62,438 nucleotides of DNA, filler included, from Globobulimina sp. (GCA_003354225.1; 37 parts of 37 records of this genome joined end to end with filler, not necessarily neighbours in it), one strand, 5' to 3'; shown: positions 13,432-25,268, counted from the first letter of the whole stretch. A program made the numbers and translations. Notes: a model not told the origin generated them from the letters alone.

Positions 13432-13531
13432 NNNNNNNNNNNNNNNNNNNNNNNNNNNNNNNNNNNNNNNNNNNNTTAATTAATTAANNNNNNNNNNNNN
13501 NNNNNNNNNNNNNNNNNNNNNNNNNNNNNNN

Positions 13532-13785
13532 GTGTTTTTAACTTGATTGATGCATTCACGCAATGCATTGGCAGTTGTTTTATTTTTTTGTATGTTTTTT
13601 AGCGTGCTTTCTTTCAATCCAATGGACCGAAATAGTTTCTCATCGTTATCCATGGCTGAGGCGATAAAGTGTGTATGAGTGTAATGCCAGTAATGGAGGT
13701 TTGGTAGATTGGCAATTAAGCGAAAGTTCGGGAAAGAATTATTTAAGTTTCTTGTTGCAAATGTTCTTGTAATGTTTTTCAACAT
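13532..13785 (-). CDS. QARS: Glutaminyl-tRNA synthetase, first exon, with a presequence-like extension
   Basis: EKLFRSIGLKESTLKNIQKNKTTANALRECI matches the eukaryotic GlnRS N-terminal domain. It is preceded by an Arg/Thr-rich leader lacking acidic residues. Confidence 0.7.
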
Positions 13786-14022
13786 AAACTCATGTGCTTA
13801 GCTTGTATTTTCAAGATATAGATATAAAAAAAAACTTCCAAACGTTGTTCCGAAACGGCAAGTTATACTTTTCTGAAAGTACAAAAACACTAATTATAAC
13901 ACTCAATGATCCTTGCAAATACACTTAGAGCGACGTGATGCGACGCCATACATTTACGAAAAAAGAAATAAAAAATAAAATTGCTATAAATATTAAATTT
14001 AATTGTATATACTTGCAATAAT

Positions 14023-14862
14023 TTATCTAGCAAACAAAATCGCACCAAAGGCGGCAGCAGTCACACCCCACACAAAATACACACTATCTCCGATTTCCAA
14101 CTCCAACCCATCCTCTCCCAAACACATATTGTCATTTGCCATCCAGACCCAATTGGCACACACTGCCAAAAGCAAAGCAATGACAAAAAAGATTGTTGGA
14201 CATGATTTCTTGCAGCAACATCGTTTCAGAGCCACCATAGGCTGCACTAAACACACTCCAATGCATAGAAATAAACCGCATAATGACAGCATTCCAATCC
14301 AAACCGATGCGGCTATCCAAGTGTCACACCATTGATCATCGTCAGTATCCCACGGAAAGTCCATATCTTCATTCATATCTTCATTCACATCTAAACAGAG
14401 GTCCTTGTAATAATAATGAACATTCTCCTCTGTGTCTAATATGGATTGTATACTGCACTTAAAATAAATGTCATCGTTTTCGCCCGTTGCTAACACATTA
14501 AACTCAGGAATTGCTGCAATTATAATTAAAACTATCGCAGCAACTCCAAATAATGTGGAAACACTACGTTTTTTGGTGTGTGGATTGGATCGACGCTTAT
14601 ATGTAGTGGCTGTCCCTGAATAAATGCCCAATGAGGAGCTAATTAAGGATTGGTGTTCTTCGATTGCTGGGGCGCTGGGAGGGAGAGTGGATTGTTGTGG
14701 TTGGGATTGCGACTGTGGGGGAATTGTGTGATAGCCGGGATGTATTGGTTGTTGCTGTGCGTTTGGGTTGAAGGTGGCGGGTATTATGTTTGGGTCAACA
14801 GACTCACCTTCGGTTTGCTCTGCGCCTGGTTGGGATCCTGCTGTTTGTGAGTCTGGGTACAT
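14023..14862 (-). CDS. Four-TM (claudin/tetraspan-like) membrane protein with a Pro/Gln-rich N-terminus
   Basis: ATG at 14862 (MYPDSQ), four hydrophobic helices and Cys-containing loops. Confidence 0.65.
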   Translation of the reverse strand: MYPDSQTAGSQPGAEQTEGESVDPNIIPATFNPNAQQQPIHPGYHTIPPQSQSQPQQSTLPPSAPAIEEHQSLISSSLGIYSGTATTYKRRSNPHTKKRSVSTLFGVAAIVLIIIAAIPEFNVLATGENDDIYFKCSIQSILDTEENVHYYYKDLCLDVNEDMNEDMDFPWDTDDDQWCDTWIAASVWIGMLSLCGLFLCIGVCLVQPMVALKRCCCKKSCPTIFFVIALLLAVCANWVWMANDNMCLGEDGLELEIGDSVYFVWGVTAAAFGAILFAR

Positions 14863-14974
14863 GATTAACTTAAGTTTGGCTACTTTAAAATATATTTTTA
14901 TATCGTTTCTGGACAAAAATATATTTAAGCGTTACATATTACAATGATTACATGGTATTTCAATGAAAGAAATG

Positions 14975-15110
14975 CATTGAAGTCAGAGGTTTGAGAGGTT
15001 GAGAGGTTCGGAAGTTGAATTATTAATGAAACGAGAATCCACAAACTTCCGATCGAACATCCCAACCTCTCAACGCCTAAACTTCTGAACCTCTCAAATT
15101 CCTTCCAATG
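14975..15110. repeat. Imperfect inverted-repeat (MITE-like) element
   Basis: ttgagaggttcggaagtt (about 14999-15016) pairs with aacttctgaacctctcaa (about 15080-15097). The gagaggtt/aacctctc submotifs are reiterated. Confidence 0.55.
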
Positions 15111-15221
15111 ATATGCGGCAATNNNNNNNNNNNNNNNNNNNNNNNNNNNNNNNNNNNNNNNNNNNNTTAATTAATTAANNNNNNNNNNNNNNNNNNNNNN
15201 NNNNNNNNNNNNNNNNNNNNN

Positions 15222-16813
15222 NTTTCGTTCCATTTGTTACCATCTTTTGCTGTGTAGCCAATACCACCATTAATAGCACAGAAACAAATTAACAAAACAC
15301 ATACACGATGTGGCGTGATTGAAATTAATAAGCAAATTTGGTTTCATTATTTCCAACCATACAGAATCCCATGCTTCTTTTTCATTGGATAGCAATGTCA
15401 ATATATAATTTGTTATCGGAGCTTTATTAATGCTCTCATTCTTAAATATAAATTCAATAAAATCATACGCATAACTCTCAATATTTGTAACTGCTGTGTT
15501 TGGATCTGAATAGGGCGTAATGATAACATCTCCAATCAAAATCGGACCAGTGGTATTCACACGAAATGTTTCTCTTATTCCAGGATCAATATGTTTTGCC
15601 CATTGCTGCGATAATTTTGGTAATAATCCTGTTGTTTGTGATGGATTGCTTAACTTCAATGTAATGGGGGTTTTAATGTGCTTAATAATAGCATGTATTG
15701 GTACAGCTGCAGATGGTACTGTTTGAGGTACAATTTCTGTTAATATTTGACCTAATTGTTTTTCAATTGCATTTCTTTTCATATTAAACTGTTTAAACTC
15801 ATTAAATTTACCAAATAAGCCATACGCAATGACATGCGATCCGGGTTTATTATCAATAGAAACTGTTGGTGCGGTGGTTAAATATTTATCGGATTTATAT
15901 GAATTCCATACATCCAACACCTGATATGTCACAGTAAATACTTTTAATTTTTGTGTGATACAATCACGGCAATCAGATACTTCATATTTGATATAATTAT
16001 CAATAAATGAGATTATATTGAATGTATAATTTGTATCTTTCTCAAATTGGATGTATTGTTCACTGTTTTCATTGCCATTCTCACCATTCTCTTGTGCTTG
16101 CATCTGTGTGCAAAATATAACAACAATCGAATAAACAGTAAACAAAAAGAATAATCCATACCACAAATGAATCGATAGTTTGTTGCAAAAACTGCTGAGA
16201 ATTAGCTTCAACGGATTGGAATATGGTGCCATGAATAGTTGAATGTTGGTTTGATGGCAACAAATTATAAATAATCTTAATTACCGTACTGTCTTTGAAT
16301 TGAATTTTTTTCAGCTCAATATCGGACAAAATATTTAATTCGTTTTTCTCTTTTGTTGCTTTGCTGATTTGGCTGATGTAATAATCATAATCCTTCGAGT
16401 TAGATACCAGTCGCCTTCGTTTATTCTGTTTATGTATTTTATAAACTGCCATTGAATCATGCGAGATTGAGCCACATTGTGCTGTGTCGTCACCAGTACA
16501 CGGATAGTTACATTCCATTGTTAATTGTATTTGTGTTTGCTGCGAGATGTCAATAAATGGTACGTTTGATCCACATTTGCAAATTGTGACTGTTTGTCCA
16601 GATTCTTGATTAATGTCATTATATAATCCAAAATAAGTAAAACCATCTGATACTTGAACGCATTTTTCATTGCATAAAGATGGTCGCATTAACAAAGATG
16701 ATTTAAAATCAAACTTATCCATAATATTTAGATATCCTTCATTGTTTTCTATAGAATAACAGCCTTCAAATCCCTTCTCTGTGCATAAAAACCCAATGTT
16801 TTGTCAAAAACAG
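15222..16813 (-). CDS. WSC-domain extracellular protein fragment (frameshift at about 16150)
   Basis: C..FTYFGL..CKCGSN..CNYPCTGD..QCGS..AVYK is a WSC domain. ORFs 16081-16722 and 15270-16232 overlap in shifted frames. Confidence 0.7.
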
Positions 16814-16913
16814 NNNNNNNNNNNNNNNNNNNNNNNNNNNNNNNNNNNNNNNNNNNNTTAATTAATTAANNNNNNNNNNNNNNNNNNNNNNNNNNNNNNN
16901 NNNNNNNNNNNNN

Positions 16914-17050
16914 ATAGACAATTTGACATACACAGAGCTTATATCATTAATTAATTTCCGTATCATCGCAGATTTAACACCGTGTCTACGTAACCATTCT
17001 ATAAAATCATTCTCGCCGCATCCACTTGTTCCTTCCACTTGTGCTGACAT
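16914..17050 (-). CDS. N-terminal exon of a SAM-like protein (partial)
   Basis: Short ORF with DFIEWLRRHGV, running toward the contig end. Confidence 0.3.
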
Positions 17051-17231
17051 TCTTCGATGACACTACTTGTCTTAGTTAAGAGTTTTAGTCACTTGAAGGT
17101 AGTCATTACAGCATTAAAACCAGTAACATTGCGAACTTTTGCCATTCTGAGACAACAACCCGCAACATTCCATTAAATAATTAGTGTGTGAATCTTTCAC
17201 AATCAAACAAAAAAAAAATAGAGATATCACA

Positions 17232-18221
17232 TCAATCAAGATCTAATTCACTGTCACTATCATTATCATTCTCATTCTCATTCGTAATAACATTGCCCTT
17301 TTTTTTAATATCAGGTATGACAACAATGGGCTGTATCACTTTATTTTCAATCAGAAAGGCTTCGACCTCTTTAACTTGCGGTGGATTACCAATTAAGTGA
17401 TGAACAGCAATATGATTTTGTACTTGTTTGCCATTTTTAAATATAATAAAAGTGGGTAACCCGATTTGAGGATAAGTATCTAATGCTAATCGATCGCTTC
17501 TTGCTCGCAAAAATTTAACATGCGGATAGGATTTCGCTACGCATTGCAGAGCATGGTTCATTCGCACACACCGCTCCAAGTAATCTTGATAAATATGAAT
17601 GACTACACTCACATTCTGCGGTGCGGCCACCACTTCTTTGTCAAAGGTCAAATAAGTTATTTCTTCAACATTGCCGTATCGATTACTGTTCTCGCATAAA
17701 ATCTTCATTTTTTCCAATTTATATTGCAATAAAACCTCTTCATCCAACAAGTCATCAAATTCTTCATCTAATTCGGAATCGGAATTTGCTGTTTTTTCTC
17801 TTTCTGTGCGTAACTGTTTCTTTGTGACTTTGTTTTTTTTCTGATCGATTATCATCAGTTTTGATGCAGTTTCATTTGCATTGCTGCCTATATTCATATA
17901 ATATTTATTTTCACCACGGATTTTCTTTTTAAGTCGGTTTGCTCGCATTTTTAATTTTGCCTCTTCGTAATCAGTCATTACACCTTTGGATCCGGTTCGA
18001 TGTGTTTTTCTCCCTTGTTTTGCTGCGGCACGCGGTTTGTTAAAGGAATGCATTGCTGAAATTTTTGATGACCATTCTAATTCGGCTTCTTTCATTGCCA
18101 TATCGTATTCGATTTTGTTCATGGTTTTATCTGGATACATTTCTTGTATTTCCGACGTTGTCGCTTCATCGCCTGCATCGACTGCTTGCTGTGCTTCTTC
18201 ATAACTCATATCAGACGCCAT
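17232..18221 (-). CDS. Phosducin-like protein
   Basis: TGSKGVMTDYEEA is the phosducin TGPKGV motif. Thioredoxin-like C-terminus with VVIHIY, YPHVKF and LPTFIIFKNG. Confidence 0.9.
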   Translation of the reverse strand: MASDMSYEEAQQAVDAGDEATTSEIQEMYPDKTMNKIEYDMAMKEAELEWSSKISAMHSFNKPRAAAKQGRKTHRTGSKGVMTDYEEAKLKMRANRLKKKIRGENKYYMNIGSNANETASKLMIIDQKKNKVTKKQLRTEREKTANSDSELDEEFDDLLDEEVLLQYKLEKMKILCENSNRYGNVEEITYLTFDKEVVAAPQNVSVVIHIYQDYLERCVRMNHALQCVAKSYPHVKFLRARSDRLALDTYPQIGLPTFIIFKNGKQVQNHIAVHHLIGNPPQVKEVEAFLIENKVIQPIVVIPDIKKKGNVITNENENDNDSDSELDLD

Positions 18222-18818
18222 TAAGCCACACAAGTGTTGAAGAAAATAGGTGAGTAGAAATTACTAATTTAAAACTTTCTTCAAAAACACTAAGAAAACA
18301 ATTATCACAGCAACAAACAATTTCTCTTCTTTTTTCGGAGTTGAATCGCATTGAGTGCAAATCTTATGGCCTGTTCGAATAAATATTTGAGGCCATTCTG
18401 AAACAAAAATGATGAAATTTCAATATATTGCGCTCCACCTAATTGGTGGCATAATTGTTTAGCTTCTTTTTCAGCGAACAAACCACCACATCCCCACCAA
18501 GAATNNNNNNNNNNNNNNNNNNNNNNNNNNNNNNNNNNNNNNNNNNNNTTAATTAATTAANNNNNNNNNNNNNNNNNNNNNNNNNNNNNNNNNNNNNNNN
18601 NNNNCGTTCAATAAGACAAAATTTAAATTATTAGTAAAAAAATCAAATCATCCACAATATGGTTCTTGTGACTCATTTTGTATACATCAACTGCTGTAAA
18701 TAAATAGTTTTTAGCTTTATATTTTGTTGTTTGGCCATCTATACTAAGGAAGCTATACTTAAGGTAATGGAAGATATACTATTTAATAAAAAAAAAGTTT
18801 TACCACATAAAAGATTTA

Positions 18819-20195
18819 TTATTTGTTTTTCCACTGTTCCTCCATTCCCCAATCATGCTTTCCTGCGTTCCACCATCGTGATTCAGGTAATTTTGATGGA
18901 TCACGACTGAATCTCAACATTATTCCATATATTACATATTTATCTGTATCACTTGTGTCCAAAAACCATTCAATTTGATTATGTCCATGTACAGTGCAAG
19001 AAAGACCCATTTTGCCATTATTAAAACTTTTCTTACAATTACATTTCTGACAATCCAATGAATAATTTGCATCAATTTGTGTAATCCTTTTAATTCCCAT
19101 TGTTTCACCACATTGATACATTACAGTTGGATCAATTCGACATTGAAACACCATTTGAACGTATTCTTGTTTATCTTTCATCATTTTTGGCATAGCATAT
19201 CTTGGACACGCTGAGTATACAATTGACGGAGTAAAAAATCTTAAATCACGCGCACTCTGCTGACTGCCAAATATTCCATGAGATAAAATGCTACCAATTG
19301 CTGATGAACTTGAGCCATGATAACATATTGGCCAATTCCCATATTTCTTACCAAAGTCATCCACTTTGACAGCATATCGTTTCCAGCCCGCTGGACAATA
19401 ATATGGATATTTTTGCCATCCTCCTCTATCTCGACCATCATTCAATTCCCCTTTCCAATATGTTTTGCCTTTACCTTCTCCATATTCTCGATCCCATTGC
19501 GGATTCATTATTTCTTTGTATATTGCTTTATTTAAATCGCTTTGCAAAAAGTCACAATCCAATACGTTTTGTCTATGATCTCTTGAATAATGGCTGACGA
19601 TAATTGCCACACATTTTTGCGACGCATATAAAGCCTCCGGGTTTACCTCCGTTGATGTCAATCTCTTTCGTAAATAATTTAAACATCCATTCACCTTCTT
19701 TTCCCATCTATCATTATGATGATATATATCTTCATGTAATAGGTTCAAATCGCTACGAATATCATTGGCATCAAATTCATCATTAATTTTCTTATGAATG
19801 GCGATCATTTTTTGTCTAAATGTTGCGATTATGGAACCTTTTCGTGCTCTTACAAATTCCAATGAGCATGTTTCGAAACCCAATGCCTTTGCTAATTTCT
19901 TTCGTAATCGTAATTGTCTCCTTTTATTCCAATTGCTCCACTTATCATCAATTCTTATCTCAAATTCCAACTGTTCATCATCCAAATCAATATCAGCATA
20001 CTTTTCATCATCATTTGATGTCAAATTTTCTTTTTTTAATATTCTTCTGTTTACCACATCAATTAATAAAGTACTTTGAGCCAATTTTGCAATTTTGGTT
20101 ATTTCATGATCCGATGTTTTTGCCTCTTGCTGCATGTCGCTAATAAATGGACTGTTTTGTAAGTATTTCGCAAATATAATCTTTGAATGCGTGGT
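18819..20195 (-). CDS. NEURL4-like ADP-ribosyltransferase (H-Y-E clade) domain protein, 5'-partial
   Basis: YYCPAGWKRYAVKV, WPICYHGS, FTPSIVYS..YA, VQMVFQCRI, IEW. The frame is open to the contig end. Confidence 0.7.
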   Translation of the reverse strand, partial: TTHSKIIFAKYLQNSPFISDMQQEAKTSDHEITKIAKLAQSTLLIDVVNRRILKKENLTSNDDEKYADIDLDDEQLEFEIRIDDKWSNWNKRRQLRLRKKLAKALGFETCSLEFVRARKGSIIATFRQKMIAIHKKINDEFDANDIRSDLNLLHEDIYHHNDRWEKKVNGCLNYLRKRLTSTEVNPEALYASQKCVAIIVSHYSRDHRQNVLDCDFLQSDLNKAIYKEIMNPQWDREYGEGKGKTYWKGELNDGRDRGGWQKYPYYCPAGWKRYAVKVDDFGKKYGNWPICYHGSSSSAIGSILSHGIFGSQQSARDLRFFTPSIVYSACPRYAMPKMMKDKQEYVQMVFQCRIDPTVMYQCGETMGIKRITQIDANYSLDCQKCNCKKSFNNGKMGLSCTVHGHNQIEWFLDTSDTDKYVIYGIMLRFSRDPSKLPESRWWNAGKHDWGMEEQWKNK

Positions 20196-20295
20196 NNNNN
20201 NNNNNNNNNNNNNNNNNNNNNNNNNNNNNNNNNNNNNNNTTAATTAATTAANNNNNNNNNNNNNNNNNNNNNNNNNNNNNNNNNNNNNNNNNNNN

Positions 20296-21291
20296 GGTAT
20301 TTATGTATTTAGTACGTTTATATGTATACAAATAAAAACAGATTAGAAACATATAAAAACATACTGGTCCTTCGCAAAAAAACGAAGCTGATGATCTGCG
20401 AATAGTATGTCCTGAATATCGCCACCAATGCGCCAAATTTATAGATCTGGCGATTTTCTTCGTGTTTCCATAAAAATATCCACCACCAAGCGGCTGATTA
20501 TGATGCCGATAACGGCCGTTTTTCTGCTCTTTCTTCTTTGCCACAAAAATCGCGTTCCATATTTGCTTCCATTTCTATTCCAATATTTCTTTGTTGCTTT
20601 CATATAACGTAATATCCGAGCCACTGATTTCTTTCTTGTGACCATAAAATTCGTAAACTTCTTCGTCTTCGCCTTCCAATAATAAAACCGAATAACTTTT
20701 CTTTGCTGTTTTTCTGTGTTGTTTATATTTATCGGTGCCTTTTTTACTGTCTTTCCCTCCGAATATCTTTTCAACCATTTGGATTAATATTATATTTTGA
20801 TATCAATATCGATTTAATAGCACTATAATAAGTGTACATCGATGTATGTGCCGCTCCAATCTCACTCATCGACTCAAACCACATCATAACAGTCTCTTCA
20901 TTCATCTCCAAATCATATTGTGTCACAAATCCATTATATTTCGCGAAATGTTTCTCATATGAACCAACACTCGCAGTTGGTAATAAATTCGCTTTTGAGC
21001 GCTCTCGATATCCATTTAATGTTTGATTAATATCTGAATCTTGTCCAATGAGTTATCATCGTTTTCTTGCTTATCCGACAAAGCGTTTTTCAATCCAATA
21101 ATGTCAAAATCTAATAATTCCAATACAGAATGCATAGTATCATTCATAGGACGGATAATATACGGTTTGTTGAATGAAACCAATGGGAATTTCCATACTA
21201 ATAATTGAGGGATTGACTGCGTTGACTGTTGCATATCGATGAATATACAGACTGTGATGACTGTGATGACTGTGAGGACTAACTGTAACAT
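20296..21291 (-). mobile_element. Degenerate Crypton-type tyrosine recombinase (frameshifted, intron-containing)
   Basis: N-terminal NLLPTASVGSYEKHF..YYSAIKSIL, then GKTVKKAP, then PLG..KKIARSINL..YSGHTIRRSSASF (HxxR box), followed by a GTATGT intron donor. Confidence 0.75.
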
Positions 21292-22090
21292 GTTGACATG
21301 TTAAGATGAATCAAATAAAGACTCTAAAGTGGTTTTTTTATTCTGAAGCTGAATTATATAAAAAGCACTAAACGTTGCTGAAGCAGAATGTGTATAAATC
21401 TGGAGCTATTAAGAACGAATCTGGAGATTATTTCGGGGATCAACCAATTTGAAAGTAATGGACAAATGGATATTAATATAAACACACAAAAACAAACACA
21501 ATATCCACATAATAATTAGTATAGATAATAAGTATTATTATATTACAAAGAGAGAGATTATTAATTTGATGGTGATGCACATAATGGATTTAATGATATT
21601 CATTATAAACATGAATGTCATCCACATTCATCACCTTATTATTACTATTTGCAGCGGCGACTGCAGCCGCAGTGGCAGCACGTGCTTTTTCTGCGGCTAA
21701 CTTTGCTTTCATTGGAATCAGTATTAGGAAAAGGTTGAGAATGAGATATGGTTCCATAATTATTAGATTTATCCGTCAAATGCATCAATAATCCTTTTAC
21801 AGATTCATTTGTATAATTTTCATTATTAATATCGTTGAGAGAAGTGCTTGGCATAATTTTCTTTACATCCTTAGAATATCCAAAAANNNNNNNNNNNNNN
21901 NNNNNNNNNNNNNNNNNNNNNNNNNNNNNNTTAATTAATTAANNNNNNNNNNNNNNNNNNNNNNNNNNNNNNNNNNNNNNNNNNNNAATTGTAAAGCAAA
22001 TAACGAAGATGGAAATGATAATTTATGAGTTATTGATTGTTTCATTAAACATTATTTTAAAACTGTTTTTTTTTTTTTACTAAGTCTTAG

Positions 22091-23577
22091 ATGGCTGTTG
22101 GCAATAAGAAATAAGTCAAGAGGGTTAGAGAAATAATAACATTGAGTATTGGTCAAGCTGGTATTCAATTGTCAGAATGTGTTTGGAAACAATATTGTAT
22201 TGAACATAGTATCGGATATGATGGCATTCATCGACCACAAGCATATTATTATAAAAAAGGACCAACAAAGATTTTAACTCAAGACAGCAGCACTTCGTTC
22301 AAAGTATGTTTTGAAGAAACTGAATCCAATCATTTTATGCCAAGATCATTAATGGTTGATTTGGAACCAAATGTTATCGATGATATTAAAACATCAAATA
22401 TTAAACAATTATTTGATACTCAATTTTTATTGTTTGGCAAAGAAGACGCAGCAAATAATTTCGCTCGCGGTCACTATACAGTCGGTAAAGAAATGATGGA
22501 TGAAATCAATGATAAAATAAGGAAAATGGTGGATTATTGTGACAATATACAAGCATTTTTGATAAATCATTCTGTTGGAGGTGGAACAGGTTCAGGTATA
22601 AAAGCAAATATTTGTTCTTCATTCACTTGCAAAGGTTTATATATTCGCTGGCAAATTAAGGTTTAGCTTCTTTAATATTGGAGAGAATTGCTGTGGATTA
22701 CAGAAAAAAATGCAAATTTGGCTTTGAAATGTATCCATCATCGACAATGTCAAATTGTGTGGTTGAACCATATAATGCTTTATTGTCAACCCATTGGTTA
22801 TTGGACCATACTGAAGTTTCATTAATATTCGACAATGAGGCTCTTTATGAAATTTGTCAAACAAAATTGGACATAAATAAACCATCGTATTATGATATAA
22901 ACAGATTGTGTGCTAAATCAATATCAGCAATGACATCACAAGAACGATACGAAGGATGTTTGGGTGTTGATATGAATGAGATGCAAACAAATTTAGTACC
23001 TTTTCCTCGATTACATTTTATGATCAGTTCAATGTCGCCAATCACTACAAAATGGAAAATGAGGAATATTGATACATCTGATTTGAGATCATTGGCTGCA
23101 GAATGTTTTAATATTGGACTTGGCGGAAATTGTTTTGTCAAAATTGATGATTTCAACCCTGAGCAAGATAAATTTATGGCGATACTTTGTGAGTTTTGGA
23201 ATGTTAAATCGAGAGAATGTAATGAGATATGCCAATGGTTAAAGACAACAAAAAAAACAGAGTTTGTCGAATGGTGTCCAACGGGGTTTAAAGTTGGAAT
23301 AAGATCAGAAAAGGGATTGCCTGCAGTGCCTAATGAGGATATCATTGCATATTCAGATCGGAATATAATTATTATTGGAAACAATACAGCGATTTCTCGA
23401 GTATTCAGTCAACGGATAAGTAAGAAATATGATATAATGTATAGTCACAGAGCATTTGTGCATTGGTTTGTTTCTCAGGGAATGGAAGAGGCAGAATTTG
23501 AAGAATCAAGGCAGGATTTAGCATTCTTAGAAAAGGATTATTTGGATGTATTGACTGCACAATTTACCGATGATGAA
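22091..23577 (+). CDS. Divergent alpha-tubulin (foraminiferan-like), intron 22596-22660, in-frame TAA at 22112
   Basis: VREII, GQAGIQ, DLEP, KEDAANNFARGHY, GGGTGSG, VVEPYN, TNLVPFPRLHF, FVEWCPTGFKVG, RAFVHW, LEKDY. Confidence 0.95.
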
Positions 23578-23845
23578 NNNNNNNNNNNNNNNNNNNNNNN
23601 NNNNNNNNNNNNNNNNNNNNNTTAATTAATTAANNNNNNNNNNNNNNNNNNNNNNNNNNNNNNNNNNNNNNNNNNNNATCATATTTAGGATCGCCAATCT
23701 AAAAGACAAGTGTAGACATTGGAGACATGAAATGTAACGGTCTCGAAAATCACTTAGTTGGCCAAAGTCAATTCTAAAGTAAAACAAAAAAAAAAGAAGA
23801 AATTAAACCTAAACTTTTTTGCAGTCGAGTTTGAGTTGAATCATC

Positions 23846-25268
23846 ATGTTACTTTTGGTTACTGTTTCTGCGTTGATAGCAACAGTGTTATCACATTATC
23901 ATTCATATGACCCACCACCTCCACCACAAGATCAATGTAAAGATGTAAATGCCACAGAGCCGAAGGAATGTCCAAACCATATTGGACCACCATGGTACAA
24001 CACACATATATATATATATATATACATTATATTTTAATACAACTCACATTATATTTATATTACTAATTAGCCCACCATGTTATTCAAATTACCGTCCAGA
24101 TTATGAAAAAACTGACTCATTAAATTTCGATGCATCAACAAAACAATCAATTGCGCTTTTTATGCAATGGTATATTAACTGGTGGCCTTTAAATTATCCA
24201 CCATCGAAACGAGCGTCTGGTTATAATGTATTTGTTGGAGCCGCGGGCAGAGGACAGATTCATTTAAAATTATATAATTATACTCAAAATAAAACATATT
24301 TATCCATTGCAAACGCGTATGTTCAAAGTGCATTATCAGAGTTACCAATAAGAGCACCTTACGGCTCGTACATGGTACATATACCAATATACATATTCTA
24401 TATCGATTTCTGTATCAACTACCATATATATAACACATTATAGTTTGGTCCCACAGGCGTTTGGGCCTTGGCCTCCATTATCGAGGGTTTAAATGGCAAC
24501 GCAGCTCAACAACAAAAATATTTCAACGATTTAGTAAATATATTCGAAACTGTGCAAAAAGCAATCATTGCCGGACAGAGTACAGCCAATGGCATTGATT
24601 TAAAGAAATGTGGTTTAGATGAAGGATTAAGCGGAATGTTGTATGGTGCACTATTTTTAAATCACTATTATCAGCGAGATATTATCTCAACGGATATTAT
24701 TTCAACTTTAACTTTTTATATGCTCGATTTTGGTCTAAAAACTGGGGAGAAATTGCACACAAATTATCTTCAATATGAATGTCCATTCATTAAAGATTGC
24801 TATTTATGGGGACCTGGCCATGGCGCAACGGGTGTAATGCATACTGTATATACTGCGTTTGACCGATATCCGACAGAATTAGCAGCGTTGTTTACGGATA
24901 AAAAATACTATGATGCTTTGAAAAATACTTTAGATTTTTATATCAGTATACAGTTAGCTGATGGCAATATGCCCACTGATACGCAGGGAACCTGTCAACA
25001 GAACTATGGCACTGATGACGATGCGCGAGTGCAATGGTGTCATGGTGCTCCGGGTTAAGTGCTTTTGCAGTGTCGAAGTATACAATGTGTTAACGTTTTT
25101 TTTTTCATTTGCAGGATTTTTAAATGTATTTTCTCAATCTGCAGAATTATTTGCTGCCAGTAACGAGAGCGCAGCAGAGATTTATTTAGGTGCAGCCGTC
25201 AGACTTTCAAATGTGACATTTGATCGAGGTTTATTGGTGAAAGGGACTATGTATTGTCATGGCATAGG
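23846..25268 (+). CDS. LanC-like protein with a predicted signal peptide; introns 23995-24070, 24375-24443, 25054-25114; 3'-partial
   Basis: LanC GxxG repeats: VFVGAAG, GLDEGLSG, GPGHGATG, DGNMP, VQWCHGAPG, YCHG. Confidence 0.9.

Noticed and set aside
15270-15400. GPS/GAIN autoproteolysis motif at NHATS
   Set aside because: It lacks the conserved Cys/Trp pattern and is followed by an intron with no TM segment visible.
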